Shown here piece by piece: positions 37,976-45,439 of a stretch of 45,439 nt of DNA. Positions within the stretch are counted from its first letter, which is position 1, and the number at the start of each line of letters is the position of its first letter. Origin of the DNA: Pseudomonadota bacterium (GTDB taxonomy: Bacteria > Pseudomonadota > Gammaproteobacteria > Burkholderiales > JALYOK01); NCBI GenBank assembly GCA_031380185.1, contig JANNFT010000253.1:1-45439 (forward strand), given 5' to 3'. The position numbers and the translations under genes are program-made. The notes under the pieces are model-generated. The model did not search any database. It had not been told where the DNA came from and worked only from the letters and a program-made list of their open reading frames with translations.

Positions 37976-38185
37976 TGGAACGATCCGAAGCAGACGCGAC
38001 ATTGAAAGTAATCGTTAAAAAAGACGTCATGCTCCCATGCCTTTTCGCTATGAACTTTAGCTACGCCGCCGACCTTACTTGACGCGTCGGCGCCGATGGT
38101 TTTGGTGCTGACGATCGTTTTCCCGCACATCACGGCGTGGTTGCCGAATCAGCTACACTAACGGCACTTAACCGAGGGAGCCGCA

Positions 38186-39244
38186 GTGGAACAACAACTC
38201 GCATTCAATCAACAGCCGTCCCTGCCATTTACTTTCAGCGGCAAAGGCTCGGAATATTTCAGCATCTGGATCGTCAACATTGCGCTGAACATCGCCACGC
38301 TCGGCATCTATTCAGCCTGGGCGAAGGTGCGCAAGTTGCAGTACTTTTACCGCAACACCGCGCTGGCCGGAACCAGTTTCGATTATCACGGCAATCCGAT
38401 TGCGATACTAAGGGGGCGCGGTATTGCACTGGCGGCCTTGCTTGGATTTCAGTTTTCGTGGCAAATTTCACCGCTGATCGGCGTTGTATTATTCATTTTG
38501 CTAGCGGCCGTATTTCCAATTTTGATCAAGCGCTCACTGCAATTCAAGTTATTCAATAGCAGTTATCGTGGCTTACGGTTTGGGTTCGATGGTCCGACCG
38601 GCGGCGCCTACCACGTATTTCTCTGGCTGACACTACTTGCCAGTTTCATCGGCGCGTTTTGGCCTTATACGCACCACCAAATTAAGAGCTACCAGCACAA
38701 TAACAGCCGCTATGGTCAAACCCAATTCAGCTTTTCCGCAACAGTGGGGCAATACTATAAAGTCTATATGATCGCGGGCTTGTTAGCTCTCGGCACGTTG
38801 TTTGTGTTTGGCGCATTAGGTGGCGGAATTTTCCAAATGATGGCAGTTGCTCATCATGAGCAGAGGTCATCGTTTGCGCCATTTATGGTTGTCGTATTTG
38901 TTATTCTCGCGTTCGCGGTGTTACAGGCGATTATCGGCCCGTATATCCAAGCGCGATTACAAAACATCGTGTGGAACCACACCAAGCTCGGCGAACACTC
39001 GTTCAGCAGCGATGTATCGGCACGCAACCTGTTCTTTATCACGTTCACCAATTTCATTCTGATAATTTTCACTTTGGGTTTGTATAAGCCCTTCGCAACA
39101 ATTCGCCTGTTACGCTATCGCTTGGAGACGATGGCTTTTGCGCCGCACGGTTCATTTGAAGACTTTCTCGCTGGGCAGTCGCAACAGCAAAGCGCTACGG
39201 GCGAGGAGACGGCAGAAATGTTCGATGTGGATATTTCGTTTTAA
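38186..39244 (+). CDS. YjgN/DUF898 family inner-membrane protein
   Basis: FTFSGKGSEYFSIWIVNIALNIATLGIYSAWAKVRKLQYF matches the DUF898 N-terminal signature. There are about eight TM helices. GTG start after GAGGGAG. Confidence 0.75.
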   Translation: MEQQLAFNQQPSLPFTFSGKGSEYFSIWIVNIALNIATLGIYSAWAKVRKLQYFYRNTALAGTSFDYHGNPIAILRGRGIALAALLGFQFSWQISPLIGVVLFILLAAVFPILIKRSLQFKLFNSSYRGLRFGFDGPTGGAYHVFLWLTLLASFIGAFWPYTHHQIKSYQHNNSRYGQTQFSFSATVGQYYKVYMIAGLLALGTLFVFGALGGGIFQMMAVAHHEQRSSFAPFMVVVFVILAFAVLQAIIGPYIQARLQNIVWNHTKLGEHSFSSDVSARNLFFITFTNFILIIFTLGLYKPFATIRLLRYRLETMAFAPHGSFEDFLAGQSQQQSATGEETAEMFDVDISF

Positions 39245-39252
39245 TGAGAATT

Positions 39253-39363
39253 CGTCGTCCCCACGAAGGCGGGGACCCAGCGTCGTTCGACGTAAGGCAC
39301 GGGATGGCCGAAGATCAAAACATCAGCCTCTGGACTCGTTTTCCCGCCTTCGCGGGAATGACG
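39253..39363. repeat. MITE-like element with hairpin-forming inverted arms (111 bp)
   Basis: Left arm CGTCGTCCCCACGAAGGCGGGGACCCAG (39253-39280). Right arm CTGGACTCGTTTTCCCGCCTTCGCGGGAATGACG (39330-39363), whose reverse complement is CGTCATTCCCGCGAAGGCGGGAA.... The core is 49 bp. The same two arm types recur at 45094-45170. Confidence 0.6.
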
Positions 39364-39382
39364 AAATTGATGCTCCGAAATC

Positions 39383-40381
39383 ATGATCCAAGCCAGTTAC
39401 TTCGACGGTAAAACTGCCACACGTCACGCAGTCACGCTCACGGTGACGGGCGATCGCGCTCACCTCGAAGGCGACGGCGTCGCGCGCGACGAACCGCTCG
39501 CCAGCGTGCGTGTATCCGAACCCATGGGCAGCGCGCCGCGACTCATTACATTCGCCGACGGCGCGATATGTGAAGTGAGCGACCATGCGGGGCTCAACGC
39601 CCTGCTCGAGCAAACCGGCTACCAAGAAAAAGCCGTGGTGCGTTGGCAACAAAATGGAGTTTGGGTCATCGGCGCATTGCTGTTTAGCATCGCGTTCATC
39701 TGGGCCGGCTATCGCTTTGGCTTGCCGCTGTTCGCCGATGTCATCGCGCAACAATTGCCGGAGAAATCCATCGCTAAGTTGGGCGAGCATGTATTGGAAA
39801 CGCTCGACGAATCGGTGTTCAAGCCCAGCCGATTACCGCAAGAGCGACAAAAACAACTCATCGCCGGATTCGAACAACTGGCGCCGCCCGCCGGGAAAAA
39901 ACCGTCGTATACGATTCGCTTTCGCTACAGTCCGAAAATCGGGGCGAACGCATTTGCGCTGCCCTCCGGCGATATCGTGATGATCGATGAGCTAGTCGCA
40001 CTTGCGAAAGACGATCGGGAAATTTATGCGGTGCTCGCTCACGAGCTCGGTCACTTGGAAAAGCGCCACAGCCTACGGCAACTTTTGCAGGGCACGATCG
40101 TGGGCCTGGTGATTAGTTGGTATTTGGGCGATATCAGTAGCATTTTGGCGAGTGCGCCGGCGGCAATATTGCAGGCGAGGTATTCCCGCGACTTCGAGCG
40201 CGAGGCCGATGCTTTCGGCGCGTCGATGCTGATGCACAACAATATTTCGCCGGGCTACCTTGCGAATATGTTGGAGCGTTTGGAAAAAGCCCACGGCCGC
40301 GAGCGCGATAAGGAAAGTTACGATTATTTTTCTACCCACCCGGGCGCCGACGAACGTGTGCGCGAATTGCGCGAACTATAG
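39383..40381 (+). CDS. M48-family zinc metallopeptidase with N-terminal accessory domain
   Basis: HELGHLEKRH zinc motif and downstream EREADAFG. TM helices flank the catalytic region. The N-terminal ~90 aa form a soluble domain (possibly DUF7092-type). Confidence 0.85.
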   Translation: MIQASYFDGKTATRHAVTLTVTGDRAHLEGDGVARDEPLASVRVSEPMGSAPRLITFADGAICEVSDHAGLNALLEQTGYQEKAVVRWQQNGVWVIGALLFSIAFIWAGYRFGLPLFADVIAQQLPEKSIAKLGEHVLETLDESVFKPSRLPQERQKQLIAGFEQLAPPAGKKPSYTIRFRYSPKIGANAFALPSGDIVMIDELVALAKDDREIYAVLAHELGHLEKRHSLRQLLQGTIVGLVISWYLGDISSILASAPAAILQARYSRDFEREADAFGASMLMHNNISPGYLANMLERLEKAHGRERDKESYDYFSTHPGADERVRELREL

Positions 40382-40554
40382 CAGCAAGGCGGCCGCCGCA
40401 TGGATACCGGCTCGCGTTAGGCTAGCCAATGGTCTTCGCGCCATTGGCGCCTGGCCCGTGCCTTGCCGGAAGATAAGCGCATGCGGTTCGTCGCACGCGA
40501 TGAAATCGTACCCGCCGCAGTCGGAAAGTTCAGCGGTCGAAATCCCGCTGGATA

Positions 40555-41082
40555 TCATTTCAAGTCGAGAAAATCGAACAATCCGCCTTCGCGAAATTCG
40601 TTAGCATGACGCAGTCGATTCGACAGCATGCGCGAGACTTCTTTCAACACCGCGATGGCGAGCCGCGGATGATTCGCGGAGAGGCGCTCGAAGCTCTCGC
40701 GAGTTAGCGCCGCAAACATGGAGTCGTGCAATACCAGGCATGTCGCAGAGCGCGGCAAATTTTCAACCAGCGCCATTTCACCAAAGGTTTTGCCGCGATC
40801 CAATATTCCCAATGTCACACCGTCAATCGGATCGCCGCGATAGACGTGCACCATGCCCTCGACAATGAACAGCGCCGCGTCGCCGATCTCGCCTTCGCGA
40901 AACACCACGGTGTCTTCCAGCGCAACATAGGCGCGCATGTAATGCGCGATAATTTCTACGTCTTCCACCGGCAATCCGCGAAACAACTGCACCAGCACCA
41001 AGATATCCGGCCGCGAACGGAGAATGGGCGCGAAATTGCCGAGATCGTCGAGTGTGGAAAACTGATCGAATGATTGAACCAT
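40555..41082 (-). CDS. stand-alone cyclic-nucleotide-binding domain protein
   Basis: CNB phosphate-binding cassette FGEMALVENLPRSATCLV. 175 aa with no DNA-binding or enzymatic output domain. Confidence 0.8.
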   Translation of the reverse strand: MVQSFDQFSTLDDLGNFAPILRSRPDILVLVQLFRGLPVEDVEIIAHYMRAYVALEDTVVFREGEIGDAALFIVEGMVHVYRGDPIDGVTLGILDRGKTFGEMALVENLPRSATCLVLHDSMFAALTRESFERLSANHPRLAIAVLKEVSRMLSNRLRHANEFREGGLFDFLDLK

Positions 41083-41158
41083 AGCAGCCGTAATTTAGTA
41101 ACTTGTAGTTGGTAATGCGGTCGACTTTTCTAAAGTATATCTCGATTATGCGACGAGT

Positions 41159-41716
41159 TTAAGTTCCCTTAAGTTTGGCGAGAAATTTATTGCGAAACTT
41201 CGCCACTTTCGGCGCAATGATGATCTGGCAATAGCCTTGTTCGGGGTTATTAACGTAATATTCTTGGTGATGATTTTCGGCGGCATAAAAAGCTTGCGCG
41301 GTGTTAATCTCAGTGACGATGGGGCGATCCCAAACCCGCTCGCGATTGAACTCAGCAATCGTCTCGGCAGCGATGCGCTGCTGTTCGGATGAATGAAAAA
41401 ATATTGCCGAACGATACTGGCTACCGATATCGTTACCTTGACGATTCAACGTGGTCGGATCGTGAATCGTTAAAAATACCTCCAATATTTCTTTAAATGA
41501 AATTACCTTCGGATCGAAGTGGACTTGGATCACTTCCGCATGCCCGGTGTTGCCGGAACATACCTCGCGGTAGGTCGGATTCGCGTTCGTACCACCCATG
41601 TAACCGGAAACGACATCAGTCACGCCGCGTAGTTCGTCAAATATCACTTCGATGCACCAAAAACATCCGCCGGCAAGGGTCGCGAGTTCACTTTCGGCCG
41701 GTTTAACTTGTATCAT
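41159..41716 (-). CDS. msrA: peptide-methionine (S)-S-oxide reductase (cytoplasmic copy)
   Basis: Active site GGCFWCIE. The ATG at 41716 (MIQVKPAES) is preceded by GAGGT. The longer track ORF (to 41797) would overlap the divergent HAD gene. Confidence 0.9.
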   Translation of the reverse strand: MIQVKPAESELATLAGGCFWCIEVIFDELRGVTDVVSGYMGGTNANPTYREVCSGNTGHAEVIQVHFDPKVISFKEILEVFLTIHDPTTLNRQGNDIGSQYRSAIFFHSSEQQRIAAETIAEFNRERVWDRPIVTEINTAQAFYAAENHHQEYYVNNPEQGYCQIIIAPKVAKFRNKFLAKLKGT

Positions 41717-41741
41717 TCTTACCTCACTAATTCGGAGATGA

Positions 41742-42464
41742 TTGATGAAACGCAGTTTACAACAGGTTAAAGCGCTGACGTTCGATGTATTCGGCACGGT
41801 CGTCGATTATCGTGGCAGCATCATTCGGGAAATGCGCGCTCTGGCCGACCGCAAAGGCCTGGCCGTCAATCCGGCGGAGTTCGCCGATGCTTGGCGTGGC
41901 GGTTACGCGCCGGCGATGGATCGGGTGCGTAAAGGCGAACTGCCGTGGCTAACGATCGATGTTTTACATCGCATGATTCTTGATGATCTCTTGAAAAAAT
42001 TCGGCATCCAGGGGCTCAAGGAGGCAGACATCGCGGATTTGAACCGCGTATGGCATCGCCTAAAACCTTGGCCCGATTCGGTGCGCGGCCTGAAGCGCCT
42101 TAAGACCAAATACATCATCGCGCCTTTGTCCAACGGCAACGTCTCGCTGCTGACAAACATGGCGAAATTCGGCGGGTTGCCCTGGGACCTGATTCTTTCG
42201 GCCGAGCTCGCGAAACACTATAAGCCCGACCCCGAGTCCTATTTAACGGCGGCGCGTCTGCTCGATCTGCCGTCGGATCAAGTCATGATGGTCGCGGCCC
42301 ACAAAGACGATCTGGATCACGCCGCAAAAACCGGCATGCAGACGGCATTTGTCACGCGGCCGAAAGAATTCAATCCCACCAGAAAGACCGATCTGAAACA
42401 CGAAAAGCGTTTTGGCGCAAACGCCAGCGATTTTCTCGATTTGGCAACGCAACTCGGCGTTTAA
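41742..42464 (+). CDS. haloacid dehalogenase type II (HAD superfamily)
   Basis: Motif I FDVFGTVVD, APLSNGN, YKPDPESY and AAHKDDLDHA. Confidence 0.85.
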   Translation: MMKRSLQQVKALTFDVFGTVVDYRGSIIREMRALADRKGLAVNPAEFADAWRGGYAPAMDRVRKGELPWLTIDVLHRMILDDLLKKFGIQGLKEADIADLNRVWHRLKPWPDSVRGLKRLKTKYIIAPLSNGNVSLLTNMAKFGGLPWDLILSAELAKHYKPDPESYLTAARLLDLPSDQVMMVAAHKDDLDHAAKTGMQTAFVTRPKEFNPTRKTDLKHEKRFGANASDFLDLATQLGV

Positions 42465-42472
42465 GTCGATCA

Positions 42473-43627
42473 GTGAAAAAGGTCCTATTCGCATTGGCAA
42501 TTCTCGCAGCGGTGGCGATGGGAATCTTTTTCTACGCGGTTCCGCATTATGTCGATAGCAGCCACAACAAACTCACGAGCGCAGCACCCAGATTAACCCG
42601 ACCAGGCGATTTACACCGGCGGCTGATCGTGGCCGATCTCCATGCCGACAGCTTGCTCTGGGATCGCGATTTGCTTAAGGAAAACGACTGGGGTCACGTT
42701 GATATTCCGCGTTTGATCAAAGGAAATGTCGCGCTGCAAGGCTTCGCGGTGGTGACCAAAACGCCGCGTGGCGCGAACATCGAGCGCAACAGCGCCGCGA
42801 CCGATAATATACTTTTGCTTAGCCTCGCGCAACTCTGGCCGCCACGCACCTGGACCAGCCTGCAGCAACGCGCGCTATACCAAGCGGAAAAGCTGCATAA
42901 CTTCGCCGCGCGCTCGAACGGTGCCCTCGTCATCATCAAGTCCAGAGCGGATCTTCAGGCATACATCACCAAACGCGGCACCCAGAGCGGCGTCACAGCC
43001 GGTTGGCTGACGATTGAAGGCGCACAGGCGCTTGAAGGTGAGCTGGCCAACCTGGGTGCGCTTTATCGAGCGGGCTTTCGCATGATCTCTCCGACCCATC
43101 TTGCCGACAGCGAAATCGGCGCATCTGCGAGCGGGGAAAGCCAACGCGGCCTCACCCAACTCGGTAAGACTTGGGTCGCGGAAATGGAACGCCGGAAAAT
43201 GATCATCGATCTGGCGCACGCCTCGGCGCAAACCATAGATGATGTCTTGCGACTGTCCAATCGCCCAGTCATCGTCTCGCACACGGGCGCGACTGGCGCG
43301 TGCGATAACAACCGCAATCTCAGCGACGACCAAATTAAACGCATCGCGGCCCACGGCGGACTCATCGGCCTCGGCTTTTGGCAATACGCCACGTGCGGCG
43401 CGGATATCGCTGCCATCGTAAAATCGATTCGCTACGCCGTCAAAGTAGCCGGGATTGAACACGTCGCGCTGGGTTCCGATTGGGATGGCTATGTTGCCAC
43501 GCCTATCGACGCGGCCGGCATGGGCGCCATCACCGCTGCGCTACAGCAAGCCAGTTTCGACGAAGTGGCGATTCGTAACATCATGGGCGAAAACGTCGTT
43601 CGATTCTTGCTGCGCGCTTTACCCTAA
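42473..43627 (+). CDS. membrane-anchored dipeptidase (M19 / renal dipeptidase family)
   Basis: N-terminal TM helix. Metal-ligand contexts DLHADSL, IEGAQAL, DLAHAS, VSHTGA and LGSDWDG. Confidence 0.85.
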   Translation: MKKVLFALAILAAVAMGIFFYAVPHYVDSSHNKLTSAAPRLTRPGDLHRRLIVADLHADSLLWDRDLLKENDWGHVDIPRLIKGNVALQGFAVVTKTPRGANIERNSAATDNILLLSLAQLWPPRTWTSLQQRALYQAEKLHNFAARSNGALVIIKSRADLQAYITKRGTQSGVTAGWLTIEGAQALEGELANLGALYRAGFRMISPTHLADSEIGASASGESQRGLTQLGKTWVAEMERRKMIIDLAHASAQTIDDVLRLSNRPVIVSHTGATGACDNNRNLSDDQIKRIAAHGGLIGLGFWQYATCGADIAAIVKSIRYAVKVAGIEHVALGSDWDGYVATPIDAAGMGAITAALQQASFDEVAIRNIMGENVVRFLLRALP

Positions 43628-43692
43628 ACCCGCCATCTCCAAATGGTAGTTCAGTCGGCATTCGGGCCGAAATGAATCAGTTCAAATTATGC

Positions 43693-43721
43693 TTGCAATA
43701 GATAATGCGAATCATTATCAT
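43693..43721 (+). promoter_or_regulatory. sigma70-type promoter (TTGCAA-N17-TATCAT) overlapped by a Fur box (43701-43719)
   Basis: GATAATGCGAATCATTATC matches the 19-bp Fur consensus GATAATGATAATCATTATC at 17 of 19 positions. It occupies the spacer and -10 of the predicted promoter, about 45 nt upstream of the porin ATG. Confidence 0.6.
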
Positions 43722-43763
43722 TAGTACTATTATCTTTAACAACACCCTAGAAGGAACCCAAAA

Positions 43764-45053
43764 ATGAAAAACCACTATCTCGCCGCAGCGATCGCACTCG
43801 TATTTTGTACGGAAGGCGCACTTGCTGCCGACGCCTCAATCGAGCAAAAGCTAGAAATACTGCAAAAAGAACTCGACGAGTTACGGGCTGAATTGGCGAC
43901 GATCAAATCGCAACGAACCGCGCCCCCGTCCGCATCGGTCGCGGACACAAGCGCCGCCGCGGCGCCGCCTTCCGCCACCGGCGGCAACATGAGCGGCCTT
44001 GCGGCAGGAAGCAATTCCTTCGGCGCCTATGGCGAGTTGCACTACAACAATTATCGCGACGGCGACAAAAAAGACGAGATTGACTTTCATCGCTTTGTGA
44101 TGTTTTACGGCCACAAATTCAACGATCGCTTGCGTTTTTATTCCGAGTTGGAAATCGAGCATGCTTTAGTCGAAGGCGGCGGAGGCGCGGTTGAATTGGA
44201 GCAAGCGTTTCTCGAATATCGCATTAACGATGCGCTAAATTTTAAAGCCGGCGCCTTCTTAATTCCGATCGGCAATTTGAACGAAACCCATGAGCCGCCG
44301 ACCTTCTTCGGCGTCGAACGCAACGAAGTGGAGAGCCGCATCATTCCTACCACCTGGCGCGAAGCGGGGATTGGCGTTTCCGGCAATGTGTTCGAAGGGC
44401 TGCGCTACGATGTCGGCATCGTGTCCGGCCTCGATGCGGGTAAATGGGGCGCGCCGGAGAAAGGCATTCGCGAAATGCGTACCGAACTACGCGAAGCGGC
44501 TGCCCATGATTTTGCGTTGTACGGCGCGTTGAACTATCGCGGCGTTCCGGGACTAACCGTTGGCAGCGCGTTTTTCACCGGCAACACTGGGCAAAACGGC
44601 GTGTCGGACGCGGCACTCAAGGGTGTTGACGCACGTGTGTTGCTATGGGATTTGCATGCACAGTACCGTCTCGGCGGATTGGATTTGCAAGCGCTGTATG
44701 CGCGCGGCACGCTCGGCGATGCGGATCAAGTCTCGGCTGCGGCGATTGCGCGCGAAGGTGACGCGACGTTGGTCGCGCCAACATCGTTTTACGGCTATTA
44801 CGGCCAGGTGGGATACCATATTCCGATCGGCGCTGAAATGGAACTCGCGCCCTTCGGCCGCTACGAGCGCTACAACACACAAGCGGGCGTGCCGAACGGC
44901 TTGACGGCCGATCCGAAAAACAACGAAACCGTCACTACGCTAGGCGTTAACTTTAAGCTGCATCCGCAAGTCGTATTCAAAATGGACTATCAAAACTTTA
45001 AACAAGATAATAGAAAGGATCGATTCAACTTGGGTGTGGGTTATATGTTTTAG
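43764..45053 (+). CDS. outer-membrane porin (OprO/P-like) with N-terminal coiled coil
   Basis: Signal peptide, coiled-coil segment IEQKLEILQKELDELRAELATIK, alternating beta-strand pattern and a C-terminal ...GVGYMF with terminal Phe. Confidence 0.75.
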   Translation: MKNHYLAAAIALVFCTEGALAADASIEQKLEILQKELDELRAELATIKSQRTAPPSASVADTSAAAAPPSATGGNMSGLAAGSNSFGAYGELHYNNYRDGDKKDEIDFHRFVMFYGHKFNDRLRFYSELEIEHALVEGGGGAVELEQAFLEYRINDALNFKAGAFLIPIGNLNETHEPPTFFGVERNEVESRIIPTTWREAGIGVSGNVFEGLRYDVGIVSGLDAGKWGAPEKGIREMRTELREAAAHDFALYGALNYRGVPGLTVGSAFFTGNTGQNGVSDAALKGVDARVLLWDLHAQYRLGGLDLQALYARGTLGDADQVSAAAIAREGDATLVAPTSFYGYYGQVGYHIPIGAEMELAPFGRYERYNTQAGVPNGLTADPKNNETVTTLGVNFKLHPQVVFKMDYQNFKQDNRKDRFNLGVGYMF

Positions 45054-45093
45054 ACTATAGGGATGCAGGTTATTAATTCCGTATTCAATTTAC

Positions 45094-45170
45094 CGTCATT
45101 CCCGCGAAGGCCGGAATCCAGCGGCTTTCGCTTAACGACACTGGGTTCCCCCGCCTTCGAGGGGACGACG
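45094..45170. repeat. second full copy of the MITE-like element (77 bp, opposite orientation, shorter core)
   Basis: Left arm CGTCATTCCCGCGAAGGCCGGAATCCAG (45094-45121). Right arm CTGGGTTCCCCCGCCTTCGAGGGGACGACG (45141-45170). The core is 19 bp. Confidence 0.6.
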
Positions 45171-45238
45171 TCACTCGATTGCATCGTTTCTCGCCTTCGC
45201 AAAAGTGACGTTTGAGAAAAAGTAACGCCCAGCTAAAT

Positions 45239-45439
45239 ATGAACCACCGCGTTCGAACATTGCTGCTTATTTTCACCGCCTGGGCGATACCCGCGATCGC
45301 AGCCGATGAACAAACTTACCTCGCACCCGAGGAATTTCTGTCGGAAGCCTTCGGCGCCACCCCTCCCCCCTCGGTGCTTTGGATCACGGCGGAAATTCAA
45401 CCGGACGTCGAAAAAATCCTCGGCCACCCACCGCCGCGT
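45239..45439 (+). CDS. secreted hypothetical protein, 5' part (runs off the window end)
   Basis: ATG at 45239 is followed by 67 open codons to the window end: MNHRVRTLLLIFTAWAIPAIA/ADEQTYLAPEEFLSEAFG.... It has a signal peptide. It is not in the track because it has no stop. The N-terminus is reminiscent of FMN-binding-domain proteins, but that is a guess. Confidence 0.55.
   Translation, partial: MNHRVRTLLLIFTAWAIPAIAADEQTYLAPEEFLSEAFGATPPPSVLWITAEIQPDVEKILGHPPPR

Noticed and set aside
39138-39790. 82-aa plus-strand and 155-aa minus-strand ORFs across the DUF898-M48 spacer
   Set aside because: These are repeat-derived translation (SSPRRRG...) and antisense shadow of the M48 gene.
40425-40448. 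GCCAATGG-N8-CCATTGGC hairpin as an intrinsic terminator between convergent genes
   Set aside because: The 8-bp stem is perfect, but neither strand has a U-tract after it. It is kept only as an unexplained hairpin.
41717-41797. N-terminal extension of the second msrA ORF
   Set aside because: It would overlap the divergent HAD gene start at 41742. An ATG with a good SD (GAGGT) at 41716 gives a normal-length MsrA.
42875-43462. 195-aa ORF antisense to the M19 dipeptidase
   Set aside because: The dipeptidase frame carries all the metal-ligand motifs. The antisense ORF has no features.
45085-45427. Two minus-strand ORFs (63 and 64 aa) near the window end
   Set aside because: One is encoded largely by the MITE-like repeat (translation ...WIPAFAGMTVN). 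The other is antisense to a better plus-strand signal-peptide ORF starting at 45239.

Overview
This 45.4-kb window looks like an ordinary chromosomal segment of a moderately GC-rich proteobacterium. The ECF sigma-DUF3619-DUF3106-RDD module and the hemA-prfA-prmC-grxD run suggest a betaproteobacterium; that taxonomic call is inference only. About 42 CDS can be supported, and most are housekeeping: rpsU (5' end), serB, mfd, murI, fumA, acs, an lptG-like permease, a TrpG/PabA amidotransferase, hemA, prfA, prmC, grxD, wrbA and two msrA copies. I saw no rRNA, tRNA, CRISPR array, intact IS/transposon, prophage or recognisable defence system. The most unusual content is a tight four-gene signalling cluster at 5965-11329: a CHASE2 hybrid histidine kinase, an Hpt protein, a receiver-fused class III nucleotidyl cyclase and a receiver-fused Hanks-type Ser/Thr kinase. 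Other points worth a second look:
- a 535-aa orphan protein with a C-terminal PilZ-like module;
- tandem secreted trypsin-like/TPR paralogues;
- a DUF898 + M48 gene pair split by a MITE-like repeat;
- an exported MsrA with a TlpA-like thioredoxin nearby;
- a Tup-type tungstate/molybdate ABC operon with a Mo-box-like operator;
- a near-consensus Fur box in the promoter of a porin gene;
- a family of hairpin-armed 'ATTCCCGCGAAGGCGGGAAT' repeats;
- a possible decayed mobile-element islet around a YcgR-like PilZ gene.
All family assignments come from motif reading by eye; no searches were run.
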